Assembly (NCBI GenBank): GCA_965208325.1
Contig: OZ242326.1
Location: forward strand, 3,136,001 to 3,200,000
DNA from: Candidatus Poribacteria bacterium
GTDB lineage: Bacteria; Poribacteria; WGA-4E; PCPOR2b
DNA length: 64,000 bases
Reading direction: 5' to 3'
Below the pieces are notes generated by a model. The model saw nothing but the letters and a program-made list of their open reading frames with translations. It made no database searches and had not been told where the DNA came from. This document shows positions 40,240-51,100 of this stretch, in pieces. The stretch's first letter is position 1. Each line of letters begins with the position of its first letter. The position numbers and the translations under genes were made by a program.

Positions 40240-42461
40240 GAAAAATCGCATTTCATGTATTTCTATGCGCCTTAACATCTATGCTGTCCGCATGTGCAAG
40301 CAATCAGGTGACGCCGCATCAACAATCCGCGGGGGTTTTGGCTGATGCGCGCAATCTGCCGAACGGAGAAATAAGCGTATCTGAGGAGGCCGCACCCAGA
40401 AAAAAACCGCACGAAGGGCTCGTCTACCCACCATTGAATCAGCCGCAGCCGCCGGTTCCCCAAAGGATTGAATTGGACAATGGGATAGTGGTCTATCTGT
40501 TAGAAGAGCACGAGTTTCCGATTATTGAAATTTCGGTTTGGATTCGCACCGGTTCAATTTACGAACCGGCGGACAAGGTCGGGCTGGCGGAGATTACCGG
40601 GGCAGTCATGCGTACGGGTGGAACGACAAGTAAAACCGGAGATGAACTCGATGAAATTCTTGAGAGTTTAGCCGCATCGGTTGAAACAGGTATCGGCGGC
40701 GATTCAGGCTCGGCGTCAATGTCGGTTTTAAAAGAAGATCTCGATACGGGCTTATCTATCCTTGCTGATATTCTCATGAATCCTGCGTTCCGTGAGGATA
40801 AAATCGAGTTGGAAAAGGTGCAGCATCGCAGCGCCATTTCGCGGCGAAATGACAACCCAACAGGTATTACAGCGCGAGAATTCCGGAAGCTCATCTATGG
40901 AGCGGACAGCCCTTATGCACGTACGACCGAGTATGATACAATAAACAACATTACTCGTGATGACCTCGAGGCTTTTTATCAGAAGTATTTCCACCCGAAT
41001 AACGTCATTATAGGTGTGCTTGGTGACTTTAGTTCCGAAGTTATGCTGGCGAAAATCCAGGATACTTTCAAGGAATGGGAACCTGCGGAGATGGGAATCC
41101 CTGCAATACCCGAAATTCCCGAAACTTCTGTGAAGAGAGTTGCGCTAGTGAACAAGGACGACGTGAACCAGACAAATATCCGAATGGGACATATTGGCTG
41201 GTTGCGTAAGAATGAGGACTATCCTGCCTTGGTAGTGATGTCCCAAATTCTCGGCATTGGATTTTCCAGCCGGTTGATGAACACCATCCGAGTCGAAAAA
41301 GGGCTCGCATATTCAGTAGGAAACAACTATGGCGCCGGTTATGATGTGCCCGGTGTCTTCTACATTGTATGCGGCACCAAGTCTGAATCTACTGTGACAG
41401 CCATCGAGGCGATTCTGGCTGAAGTCGAAAAGATGCGAATTGAGGAGGTTACCGGCGAAGAGTTAAAACAGGCAATTGACGGCTTCATGAATTCTTCTGT
41501 GTTTGATTATGATTCCAAGGCAGAGATACTGTCTCGCGCGCTCCGGTATGAATACTATGAATATCCACAGGATTTCGTTGAGCAGCTGATGGCGGGGATT
41601 CGGGCGGTAACGAAGGCAGATGTCAAGCGCGTTGCCAGTGAATATCTACATCCAGACAAATTTGCGCTCATCGCTGTTGGCAAGTCTATTGATTTTGATA
41701 AACCGTTGAATTCGCTTGGAGATGTAACAGAAGTCGATATTGCTATTCCACCTCCCTCGCCCGAACCTGTCCCCGAAGCGGGTGAAGAAGAAATTTCCAT
41801 GGCGAAGGCAATTCTTAACGAGGTCTTTGAGGCGTACGGCGGTCATGAGAAATTAAACTCGGTGAGGAATCTTGTGGCTAACGGTCGATTCTCTATGAAA
41901 ACGCCTGGGGGTATGATGCAAGCAGAAATAAAACGGTATCATGTTTTACCAGACAAAATCCGACTCGATATGTCGTTTCCATCAATGGGTATGCAGGCAA
42001 GCCAGATATTTGATGGTAAATCTGCTTGGATGGTAACCCCTCACGGCGTTCAATCCCTTCCCGAATCACAAGCCGAAGAAATCAAAAAAGTTGCCCTTCG
42101 AGACACCATCTACCTTCTAACCCGCCTTTCTTCAAGCGATGACGTATCTGTTCAATATCTCGGCACAGAAGATGTAAATGGCAAATTGGCCGACACTCTC
42201 CAGATTACTTCATCGGATGTGGATGCATTGAAACTTTTTATTGACCAAGAAACAAAGTATATCATTAAGAAATCGTATCAAGGGATGGGACAAGCGGGTC
42301 CAGTGGAGACGGAGGAGTTTATTGATGATTATCGAGATGTCTCTGGCGTGAAATTTGGATTTCACTCGGTCGTTTACCAAAATGGAGAGGAATTTGCCGA
42401 AGGCACCTTGGACGAGATTATAATCAATGCGGAGGTGGATGAATCGCTGTTTGAGAAGTAG
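40236..42461 (+). CDS. M16 family non-catalytic subunit, lipoprotein, with an extra C-terminal beta domain
   Basis: Lipobox LSAC, no HxxEH, IRVEKGLAY motif, Pro linker then about 230 aa beta-rich domain; 4-nt overlap with its partner. Confidence 0.85.
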   Translation: MRKIAFHVFLCALTSMLSACASNQVTPHQQSAGVLADARNLPNGEISVSEEAAPRKKPHEGLVYPPLNQPQPPVPQRIELDNGIVVYLLEEHEFPIIEISVWIRTGSIYEPADKVGLAEITGAVMRTGGTTSKTGDELDEILESLAASVETGIGGDSGSASMSVLKEDLDTGLSILADILMNPAFREDKIELEKVQHRSAISRRNDNPTGITAREFRKLIYGADSPYARTTEYDTINNITRDDLEAFYQKYFHPNNVIIGVLGDFSSEVMLAKIQDTFKEWEPAEMGIPAIPEIPETSVKRVALVNKDDVNQTNIRMGHIGWLRKNEDYPALVVMSQILGIGFSSRLMNTIRVEKGLAYSVGNNYGAGYDVPGVFYIVCGTKSESTVTAIEAILAEVEKMRIEEVTGEELKQAIDGFMNSSVFDYDSKAEILSRALRYEYYEYPQDFVEQLMAGIRAVTKADVKRVASEYLHPDKFALIAVGKSIDFDKPLNSLGDVTEVDIAIPPPSPEPVPEAGEEEISMAKAILNEVFEAYGGHEKLNSVRNLVANGRFSMKTPGGMMQAEIKRYHVLPDKIRLDMSFPSMGMQASQIFDGKSAWMVTPHGVQSLPESQAEEIKKVALRDTIYLLTRLSSSDDVSVQYLGTEDVNGKLADTLQITSSDVDALKLFIDQETKYIIKKSYQGMGQAGPVETEEFIDDYRDVSGVKFGFHSVVYQNGEEFAEGTLDEIIINAEVDESLFEK

Positions 42462-42512
42462 TCCCGTTACAATTCTTCATATTATGCGTTTCGGCTTTGT
42501 ACATTCCCTAAC

Positions 42513-43289
42513 ATGAAGCAAATCTTTTTTGAGATTAACAACCGATTGAAGTTGATTGTTCTTGAATTGCAAGAACTCACACTTTTCATCGGTCGTGTGA
42601 TTCGCAGCTTGTTCCGAAGGCCTCGATATTGGAAAGACTTGTTTGACCACATGGATATTCTGGGCGTGGGGTCGATTGTAATTGTGCTCATCGCGGGGTG
42701 TTGCGTCGGGGCTATTATTTCAATGGAAACCCTGTTCCAACTTCGGTCATACGGTGCACAGTCTTTCCTCGGCCGTGTAACAGGCGATTCGATCGTCCGA
42801 GGCGCAGGCCCTGTCTTCACAGCGATGATTGTTTCCAGCCGCATCTGCCCAGCGACTGCTGCTGAACTGGGATCGATGCAAGTGAGTCAACAGATTGATG
42901 CGCTCGTGACGATGGGTATTGACCCTATTCGCAAACTGATTACGCCGCGCATCATCGCTAGCCTTTTTATATACCCAGCCCTTACATGCGCCCATACTGT
43001 AGCAGCCCTGCTATCGGGCGGTTTAGTTGCCGAGTTATCGGGCGAGTTAACACTAATGCGATTTCTAAGAGAGTCTTTGGCTGAAGTTTCGTCCGGCGAT
43101 TTACTTTGGGGATTGATGAAGGCAGTCGTATTCGGCCTAGTGGTGGTAACGCTTGCCTGCTACTCCGGTATTCGAGTGTCCGGTGGAGCAATTGGTGTAC
43201 GTAAAGGTGCTACGCGTGCTGCGGTTAATGCCATTTTGCTCATACTATTTTTTGACTTTCTGGTAACTAGCATAGGCAGATCGTTCTAG
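42513..43289 (+). CDS. mlaE: MlaE family ABC permease
   Basis: GPVFTA, AAELGSMQVSQQIDAL..MGIDP, TPRIIA. Confidence 0.9.
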   Translation: MKQIFFEINNRLKLIVLELQELTLFIGRVIRSLFRRPRYWKDLFDHMDILGVGSIVIVLIAGCCVGAIISMETLFQLRSYGAQSFLGRVTGDSIVRGAGPVFTAMIVSSRICPATAAELGSMQVSQQIDALVTMGIDPIRKLITPRIIASLFIYPALTCAHTVAALLSGGLVAELSGELTLMRFLRESLAEVSSGDLLWGLMKAVVFGLVVVTLACYSGIRVSGGAIGVRKGATRAAVNAILLILFFDFLVTSIGRSF

Positions 43290-43439
43290 GATGAAATAAC
43301 CGCGATTGCCGGTTTAAGTGTTTGAAGTTGGTTGGATTTGTCACTGCCCGAAGAAGAAAATCGTGCTTGAAAGTATTTGCTCGTTCAACTAAAAAACATT
43401 CCACGATGAAACTGACTTCGCGGCAGCCGTTAAATCAAC

Positions 43440-44198
43440 ATGATTATACTGAAAAATATTGATTTTTTTTATGGGGATACACAAATCCTCAAAAATATCA
43501 CATTTGATATCCCCGCTGGGGAAGTGACCACGATTCTTGGGCCAAGCGGATCGGGGAAGACTACGCTACTTCGTATCTTAACCGGATTGCTTGAACCTGC
43601 AGGCGGCGAAATCTGGATGCGTGAAAAGAGTATGATGACGTTGTCTAAAACAGAACAGGAACACATGCGAAATAAAATGGCGATTGTCTTTCAGAACGGT
43701 GCGCTTTTCGATTCTCTCACTGTTTGGGAAAACGTCGCTTTCCCGCTTCACGAACGCTTTTCAATGCCGCTGGCAATCATTCGCCAAGAAGTTGACAAAC
43801 TCCTTGACTTAGTTGGATTGCAGAACGCCGCCGACTTGACAATTAATCAATGCAGCGGCGGAATGCAGATGCGAGTTGCTATTGCCCGCGCTTTTGCTTG
43901 TCACCCGGAAATTATTCTTTACGATGAACCGACTTCAGGACTCGATCCGATTGCACGCGACCGTATCTGTGATTGTATACAAAATCAACAGTTCCAGCAC
44001 AATGTGACGTCGGTACTCGTGACCCATCAGTTGGCCACGGCGTTTCGTGTTTCCAAGCGCTTCATTTGCCTCTACGCCGGTGAAATCCTTTTTGACGGTA
44101 CTGCTGATGAATTAACAGCATCAAAAAATCCCTATGTTCAAAGATTCATTCAACCTTCGAAGCGGGTTTATCGGGCACTCGATTCCAGTTTGACCTAA
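43440..44198 (+). CDS. mlaF: MlaF family ABC ATPase
   Basis: GPSGSGKT, FQNGALFDSLTV.ENV, SGGM, ILYDEPTSGLDP. Confidence 0.9.
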   Translation: MIILKNIDFFYGDTQILKNITFDIPAGEVTTILGPSGSGKTTLLRILTGLLEPAGGEIWMREKSMMTLSKTEQEHMRNKMAIVFQNGALFDSLTVWENVAFPLHERFSMPLAIIRQEVDKLLDLVGLQNAADLTINQCSGGMQMRVAIARAFACHPEIILYDEPTSGLDPIARDRICDCIQNQQFQHNVTSVLVTHQLATAFRVSKRFICLYAGEILFDGTADELTASKNPYVQRFIQPSKRVYRALDSSLT

Positions 44199-44251
44199 TT
44201 CCCAATGTTTATCGCCGAGCGAATTTGAAACAATTCACGGAGAAATAATTC

Positions 44252-45580
44252 ATGCGATTACAAAGAGCACAAGTCACTTGGTCGCAATTGCGTGTGGGTA
44301 TATTTGCAGCTATTTGCCTGGCGATCATACTTTGGTTTTTGTTTTACAGCGAAAATGGGCTGAGAGCCATTAGAAATCAATTTACCGTTGAGACGTTTAT
44401 CGATTCTGCAGCGGGTGTCAAACCGGGGACTCCCGTCCGCTTGGCTGGAATTGAAGTTGGAGAAGCCAAGAAAGTTGAATTCATTCATCATATGGGGATG
44501 AATAAAGTCCGTATCCAGTTAGCGCTGAACAAAAATGCAGCCGAACACCTGAGAAGCGATTCGATTGTCCAAGTTAAGTCTGCAGGGCTAACTGACAACA
44601 AAGTTATTGAGATTTCATTAGGCACCTCGGCGGGCGCACTAGTTGCAGCCGGTGACACATTGTCAAGCATTCCGCCGATGGAGGCAACTGTCGTATTAAA
44701 TCAGATAGCGGCAGTCAGCAACAGCATGAATAGCTTCTTAAACAGATTCGAGAGCCTCGTGAGTCAACTTCAAGTAGGTGACGGTACATTTGCACAATTG
44801 TTGAAAGATGGTAAAATCTACCAAAACCTTAACCAAGCAACGCAAGGCGTTTCGCATTTGATGTCAAATTTAAATCGGGGCGAAGGTCTTCTTCCCCAAT
44901 TGCTTTCCGATGGAGAACTTGCCGAGAGTGTTACTCAGAGTGCTGCTTCCACGGCAGTATGGGGAAAAAATGTTGCTAACGGAGAGGGCACGTTGGGAAA
45001 ACTGAGCACGGATGCTGCGCTCTTCAATCAGGCGTTAGCCTTTACGACAAAAGGCGATCAAGTATTGGAAAACCTTGAAGCCCGCTTAGAGAGGGCGATC
45101 GCCTTGACGGAGGTACTGGTCGAAAAAATATCCCATGGTGAAGGAACGGCCGCAAAGTTTGTCAACACGCCGGAACTGTACAATCAAATTCACACCACGG
45201 CGGAAAAAATGGAACAGTTTGTAGAACTCGCACAGTCGGGTGAGGGAGCAGTCGGACAGCTCTTGTCGAATGAAGTGTTTGCCGAGCAGATTTCCGCAAC
45301 TACGGCTTCCATTGCAACGTTGACCCAGAAACTCAATACCCCCGGAAATACGATTGACACGCTTGCAACAGGATCGGATTTGGTGGATAGCCTGCTTGCA
45401 ACGACGGTTCATTTGGAATCCATCTTGACACGGGTCGACAACGGGGAAGGCTCCTTGGGTCAGTTAACGGCCGATCCGCAGACCGCCGAAAGCCTTTTAC
45501 GGCTAGTCGACAATCTCAGGACACTCATTGCAGACATTCATGCAAATCCGAAAAAATATGTTAAGCTCAGCCTTTTTTAG
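44252..45580 (+). CDS. mlaD: MlaD/MCE family protein with a long helical repeat region
   Basis: TM, then MCE domain (GVKPGTPVRLAGIEVG), repeated G(E/D)GxxxxL units and the NPKKYVKLSLF end. Confidence 0.88.
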   Translation: MRLQRAQVTWSQLRVGIFAAICLAIILWFLFYSENGLRAIRNQFTVETFIDSAAGVKPGTPVRLAGIEVGEAKKVEFIHHMGMNKVRIQLALNKNAAEHLRSDSIVQVKSAGLTDNKVIEISLGTSAGALVAAGDTLSSIPPMEATVVLNQIAAVSNSMNSFLNRFESLVSQLQVGDGTFAQLLKDGKIYQNLNQATQGVSHLMSNLNRGEGLLPQLLSDGELAESVTQSAASTAVWGKNVANGEGTLGKLSTDAALFNQALAFTTKGDQVLENLEARLERAIALTEVLVEKISHGEGTAAKFVNTPELYNQIHTTAEKMEQFVELAQSGEGAVGQLLSNEVFAEQISATTASIATLTQKLNTPGNTIDTLATGSDLVDSLLATTVHLESILTRVDNGEGSLGQLTADPQTAESLLRLVDNLRTLIADIHANPKKYVKLSLF

Positions 45581-45660
45581 ATATATAAATAATTCTGTCA
45601 CTGAATCATTCAAATCATACTGCCAAGCTTCTCACTGTTAAGTAATGATTGGAACGCGCA

Positions 45661-46872
45661 ATGGATTTATTTGAAAAATGTTTGGATTTTACCAGTGGTA
45701 AGAGTGTCCTCGGGAAAGGTACCAAACAAGCACGAGAAGCGGGGCTTTATCCTTACTTCATTCCAATCCAAGAATCCAGAGATACTGAAGTCCTTATTGA
45801 CGGCGAAAAAAAGGTGATGATTGGCTCCAATAATTACCTCGGTTTGACGCATCACCCGAAGGTTCTTGAGGCGGCGGCTGCCGCCGCCCAGAAATTTGGT
45901 TCTGGCTGCACGGGAAGCCGTTTTCTGAACGGGACGCTCGATATTCACATCGCGCTCGAAGAAGCGCTTGCCGAATTCGTACATAAGGAGGCTGCGTTAG
46001 TTTTTAGTACCGGCTTTCTTGTGAACCTTGGTGTGATAGGCGCGCTTGTAAAGCGCAAGGACATCGCATTCATTGATGCTTTGAGTCACGCGAGTATCGT
46101 CGATGCATGTCTGTTCTCTCGTGGAGAAATGGTAAGATTTGCGCATAACGACTTAGACGATCTCAGCCGCAGATTGGAATTAGCGGCTTCCCGAGCAGGT
46201 AAGCTTATAGTTGTGGAAGGTGTTTACAGTATGGAGGGCGACATAGCGAATCTTCCCGGTATCGTGGAAGCAGCCCAAAAACACGAATGCCGATTGATGG
46301 TTGACGATGCGCACGCAGTTGGTGTACTTGGACCAACAGGCGCAGGGAGTGCCGAACACTTCGATGTTGAAAACGATGTCGACCTCATTATGGGAACTTT
46401 CAGCAAGTCTTTCGCATGCATTGGAGGTTTTATCGCTGGTGAAGCGGCCGTACTAGACTACCTGAAACACCATGGGCGCAGTTTAATCTTTAGTGCAAGC
46501 ATGCCCCCATCCGCAGTTGCGACCGTACATGCGGCGTTAGAAATCATCAAGTCCGAACCGGAACGGCGGGAACGGCTTTGGCGGAATACCCGAAAAATGC
46601 AGGAAGGGTTCCGGTCGCTCGGATATGACATCGGCCAGTCTGAGTCGCCTGTTGTTCCAATTCTCACCGAAGATGATACCACAGCCTTGGTACTTTGGAG
46701 ACGCTTGCTTGACGAGGGAATATTCACAAATCCAGTTCCCGGCGCCAGTGCTGCCGTGCCGCCGGGAGGTGCGCGCCTTCGTACAAGCTATATGGCGACA
46801 CACACTGACGATCACCTCGACTTTGTACTTGACAAGTTTGCGAAACTCGGTAAAGAACTAGGGATTGTTTAA
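45661..46872 (+). CDS. spt: Alpha-oxoamine synthase, most likely serine palmitoyltransferase
   Basis: GLYPYF N-terminus, GSNNYLGL, GSRFLNGT, VDDAH, PLP lysine motif GTFSKS; adjacent to a ceramide synthase-like GNAT. Confidence 0.75.
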   Translation: MDLFEKCLDFTSGKSVLGKGTKQAREAGLYPYFIPIQESRDTEVLIDGEKKVMIGSNNYLGLTHHPKVLEAAAAAAQKFGSGCTGSRFLNGTLDIHIALEEALAEFVHKEAALVFSTGFLVNLGVIGALVKRKDIAFIDALSHASIVDACLFSRGEMVRFAHNDLDDLSRRLELAASRAGKLIVVEGVYSMEGDIANLPGIVEAAQKHECRLMVDDAHAVGVLGPTGAGSAEHFDVENDVDLIMGTFSKSFACIGGFIAGEAAVLDYLKHHGRSLIFSASMPPSAVATVHAALEIIKSEPERRERLWRNTRKMQEGFRSLGYDIGQSESPVVPILTEDDTTALVLWRRLLDEGIFTNPVPGASAAVPPGGARLRTSYMATHTDDHLDFVLDKFAKLGKELGIV

Positions 46873-46917
46873 GAATTGAACATAGAACGCAATTTTTGCT
46901 AGATACCAATATTCAAC

Positions 46918-48078
46918 ATGGAAGTTGTTGTCACTCGGGTTCATACGAAATCGGATCTCAAGGCATTCATTAGCTTGCCATGGCAGATATACCGCGGCGA
47001 TACAAATTGGGTACCGCCGCTGCGCGGACATCTCAAAAACCGGTTAAATTTGTCTAAGCACCCGTTTATTGATTCCGCTGATGCGGCACTTTTTATTGCG
47101 CGTTGTGATGGACGAACCGTTGGCAGTATCGCTGCAATCAACAACCATAACCATATTGATTTTCATAAGGAGGCTGTGGGTTTCTTTGGATTTTTCGAGT
47201 GCATCCAAGACCGCAAAGTAGCCGAAGCCCTGTTTTCTCATGCCGCTGATTGGTTGCGAACTCATAACTTGGAAATAATGCGCGGGCCCACGAGTTACTC
47301 AACGAATGAAGAATGTGGTTTGCTAATTGATGGATTTGATCGCCCGCCCGTCATCATGATGCCGTATAACCCGCTCTATTATGTCGACCTCATTGAAGGC
47401 TTCGGCTTCAAGAAAACAATGGATTTGCTCGCGTACGAAATCACCGATGAAGTACCCTTGCCTGACCGCCTGAAGAAAACCGTTAAATTAATCGAAAAGA
47501 GAAAAAAAGTCACAACGCGCCGCCTCAATGTAAAACAGATTGACCAAGAAGTTCGACGCGTGAAGGAAATCTATAACTCTGCATGGGAGAGAAACTGGGG
47601 ATTTGTCCCAATGACAGATAAAGAAATCGATCGCCTGGCGGCGGAACTCAAACCGATTGTCGATCCTGATATTGTGCGATTTGCCGAAATTGAAGGTGAG
47701 GCAGTTGCATTTGTCCTGTCCTTACCCGACTTCAATCAAGTGCTGAAGTATACCAACGGGCGGCTATTTCCGTTTGGGTTGCTCAAATTGCTCTGGCATA
47801 GCGGCAAAATCTGGCCTGCTCGAAATAAAATTGACAAGATTCGCGTACTCACGCTGGGTATAAAAAAAGAATTTCGGCGGCAAGGAATTGATGCACTGCT
47901 GTATTACTATTCCTACGTTGAGGGCAAGAAAAAAGGGTATCGGCGGGCAGAATTGTCGTGGATTTTAGAGGATAACACCCTCATGAATCGAGCGCTGGAA
48001 AACATGGGGGCGAGAGTCTATAAGCGCTATCGGATTTATGACTACCCGCTGGTTGACACCGCTCGCGAAGCGGCATGA
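46918..48078 (+). CDS. GNAT acyltransferase, bacterial ceramide synthase-like
   Basis: FI.LPW.IY..D.NWVPPL, GFFGFFE, MRGP, GLLIDGF, MPYN..YY, NWGFVP, ELSWILEDN; directly downstream of spt. Confidence 0.75.
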   Translation: MEVVVTRVHTKSDLKAFISLPWQIYRGDTNWVPPLRGHLKNRLNLSKHPFIDSADAALFIARCDGRTVGSIAAINNHNHIDFHKEAVGFFGFFECIQDRKVAEALFSHAADWLRTHNLEIMRGPTSYSTNEECGLLIDGFDRPPVIMMPYNPLYYVDLIEGFGFKKTMDLLAYEITDEVPLPDRLKKTVKLIEKRKKVTTRRLNVKQIDQEVRRVKEIYNSAWERNWGFVPMTDKEIDRLAAELKPIVDPDIVRFAEIEGEAVAFVLSLPDFNQVLKYTNGRLFPFGLLKLLWHSGKIWPARNKIDKIRVLTLGIKKEFRRQGIDALLYYYSYVEGKKKGYRRAELSWILEDNTLMNRALENMGARVYKRYRIYDYPLVDTAREAA

Positions 48079-48124
48079 AAATTGTAGCGTAACGCCGGCC
48101 TTCAGGCAAATATCCAATTCGTTG

Positions 48125-51100
48125 TCACAATACTTTTACCACGACGACCGTCATATCATCAGCGAGTTCGGTAGGCGCGGTAAATGTCCGCACATCGTTC
48201 AGGATTGTATCCACCCACCCCTGCGAGGGCTTCCGCTGATAAACGAGTGCTTTTAGCAAATTCCACATCCGAATTTTCTCGTACTCGTCCTCGTCAGCAT
48301 TTCTAGCTTCCGTCAGCCCATCACTGAAAAACAGTAGCACATCACCCTTGTACAACTTAATGGGTGCCCCGATATGTTCCGCGCGAAATGAACACCCGAG
48401 CGGCACGGTGCTTTTGATTTGCCACTCCACGGGTTTGCCTTTCCTCAACAAAATCGGTTCGGGAAGACCTGCGTTGAAATGTGTCAGCGTATTATCTCGA
48501 AGATTGATTTGCGCGAACGATGTCGCGACAAATGCTCTTTTGGGGAGGATTTCTTGAAGCGATTGGTGCATCTTCGCCAGTATTTCAGACGGAAAACTTC
48601 CCCTGCGGCTTTCCAATTGCAGCATGCCGTTGGCGAGAAATGCATTCGTTGCCGCTGCCATGCCATGGCCCGTTACATCCATCAACACGATGCCAAACTG
48701 TGTTTTATCCTCGTCTAGCCAAAGGTATGTAAAGTAATCCCCACCGACTTCTGTAGCAGGTTCACAGACAGCAGCAATATCAAAACCTTCTATTTGAGGT
48801 GCAGTTTCGGGCATCAGAGACAATTGCATATCCCGTGCTGCCTTGATTTCCTCCACTGCAATACGTTGGTAGGCGATTACCTGCCTGCGGCGCTTGAATA
48901 ATAGTATCGTCTGCATCACAAGTATCCCGACCAAAATCGCACTGCCGCCAACCGCCGGCACGAGGAAAAGAGCTGTTTTGTGAAATGGCGTCGGTACCGT
49001 GAAATTTAGAGTTGTAGGGGTGGAATAATTCAAATCGCGGTCAACCGCTTGCACCTCAAATGCATAGTCGCCTGGCAAAAGATTAAAATATTGGATTTCT
49101 TCAGAATTTAATGGGGGTTGCCAATCCGATTCTTTCCCGATAAGTCTGTGATAATACAGCATCCCGGTAGATCGAGTTTTGAAGCTGACGGCATTGAAAC
49201 TCAGAACTACGCGTTTGACTCCGGCGGGTAACGTGAGATAATCTGCCGGCGGTTCGTAGATTTGGTCGTCGGCGGTAACTTTGGTTATTGCCAGCGGCAA
49301 TTCAACTTTCTTCGGTCGGCTAAATCGGATTGCGCCGCCGCCGTGCGTCCCGACCCAAACCGACCCGCTACGGTCCATATACACAGACGTCACGCTGTCG
49401 TTCGGCAAGCCGTCTCGCGAATCAACTGTTTGAAACGTCCTGCCGTCAAAGCGGCTGATTCCACCGTCGAGCGTTCCAAACCACATCACACCGTCGGTGT
49501 CCTGAAGAATTGCACCGATATAGTGGCTTCCAAGCCCGTCTGCAATGGTATATGATTTCCAGTTCGTCCCATCAAAACGGCTGACACCGCCGCCGTGCGT
49601 TCCGAACCACATATCCCCTTTTTGGTCTTGGAAAATAGATAAAACCGTGTTATTTGCCAGTCCGTCCGCTGTAGTGTAAGTAATCCAATTTTCGCCGTCA
49701 AATCGACCTACGCCTGCCCCGGGATTAACTTGTCCGCCGGTGCCGAACCATAATGCCCCTTGTCTATCTTGAAATATTGATGAAACGGTGTTATTCGGCA
49801 ACCCGTCAGACTCTGTGATGGTCGTCCAGTATTTCCCATCGAACCGAATAATGCCCTTACCGGGTTGATTTTGGCTTCCGGTAGCGAACCAGATGTGACC
49901 ATCGATGTCTTCTAACATTGCGTTTACACTTCTCGCCATGAATCCATTTCGTAGGGTATAGTGTGTCCAACGGTTTCCATCGAAGCTGCTAACACCTCTA
50001 CGTTGCTTTCCAACCCAAATTGTCCCTTCTTTGTCTTGGAGGATCGCGCTTACACGACCGAATGTCAAATCGTCCATTCTTGTATAGGATATCCAATTTT
50101 CCCCGTCAAATCGGCTGACACCGCCAAACGACCCGATCCAAATGCCGCCGCTTTCGTCCTGTCGGATGGCCTGCACTTTATCGCTCGGCAAACCGTCTTT
50201 CTGCGTATACACGGTCCAACTTCTCGTATCCAACCGACTGACGCCGCCGCCGAGTGTACCAATCCATATGGCGCCCTCCCTGTCTTGCATGAGCGCAAAA
50301 ACAGAATTGCTAGCTAATCCATCTTCGGCTGTATATGTTTCCCAATTCTTGCCGTCGTACCGAGAAACGCCGCCAGTTTCTGTTCCGAACCACAACACTC
50401 CCGTGTCGTCCTCCATCATGGTGTGGACGACATCGCCAGCCAATCCATCGCTTTTGGTGATGTCCGTCCACCGTTCCCCGTCAAATCGCTTGACACCTCC
50501 GCCGATTGTCCCCGCCAAAATGGCGCCAGATTGCGTTTCAAGCAACGCGGTTACACGGGAGATTTTGCCATCTTGGTTCTCATGCAGGGGAATGGCAGAC
50601 GGGGAAGTTCGATTAATTCTGCTCCAGTTTTCTCCATCAAACCGATTGAGTCCATTTCTCGTCCCGACCCAGACGTTTCCTTCTCTGTCTTGAAGAAGGG
50701 CTGATACCCTACGACCCCGGCTCGCCTCATAAATTGATCGCCACTCTCGCCCGGCGTATCGAATTAGACCGCGCCGCGTTCCTACCCAGATAACACCTTC
50801 CCGATCAATGAGAAGCGCCGATACTGCTCCTGATATATCGTTTGGGGGATTTTCAAACGCAACACGGTGCCACTGTTTCCCGTCATAGCGGCTAAGTCCG
50901 GCATTCGTTGCTGCCCAGATAGCGCCAGTTCGATCTTCAAATAGTGTGCGAACCGTGGTGCCGGCCAGTCCATCTTTTTGCGAGTAGCTGACCCAATTCC
51001 TCCCATCAAACCGGCTTATGCCGTCTTGCGTTCCAAGCCAGATTGCGCCGTCAGTGGTTTGCAAGACAGAAAATACAGTGTTGTTCACCAGCCCATCTAC

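Noticed and set aside
45661..46872. bioF or kbl assignment
   Set aside because: No biotin or threonine dehydrogenase genes nearby. The GLYPYF N-terminus and the adjacent ceramide synthase-like GNAT favour Spt, though only phylogeny or assay can settle it.
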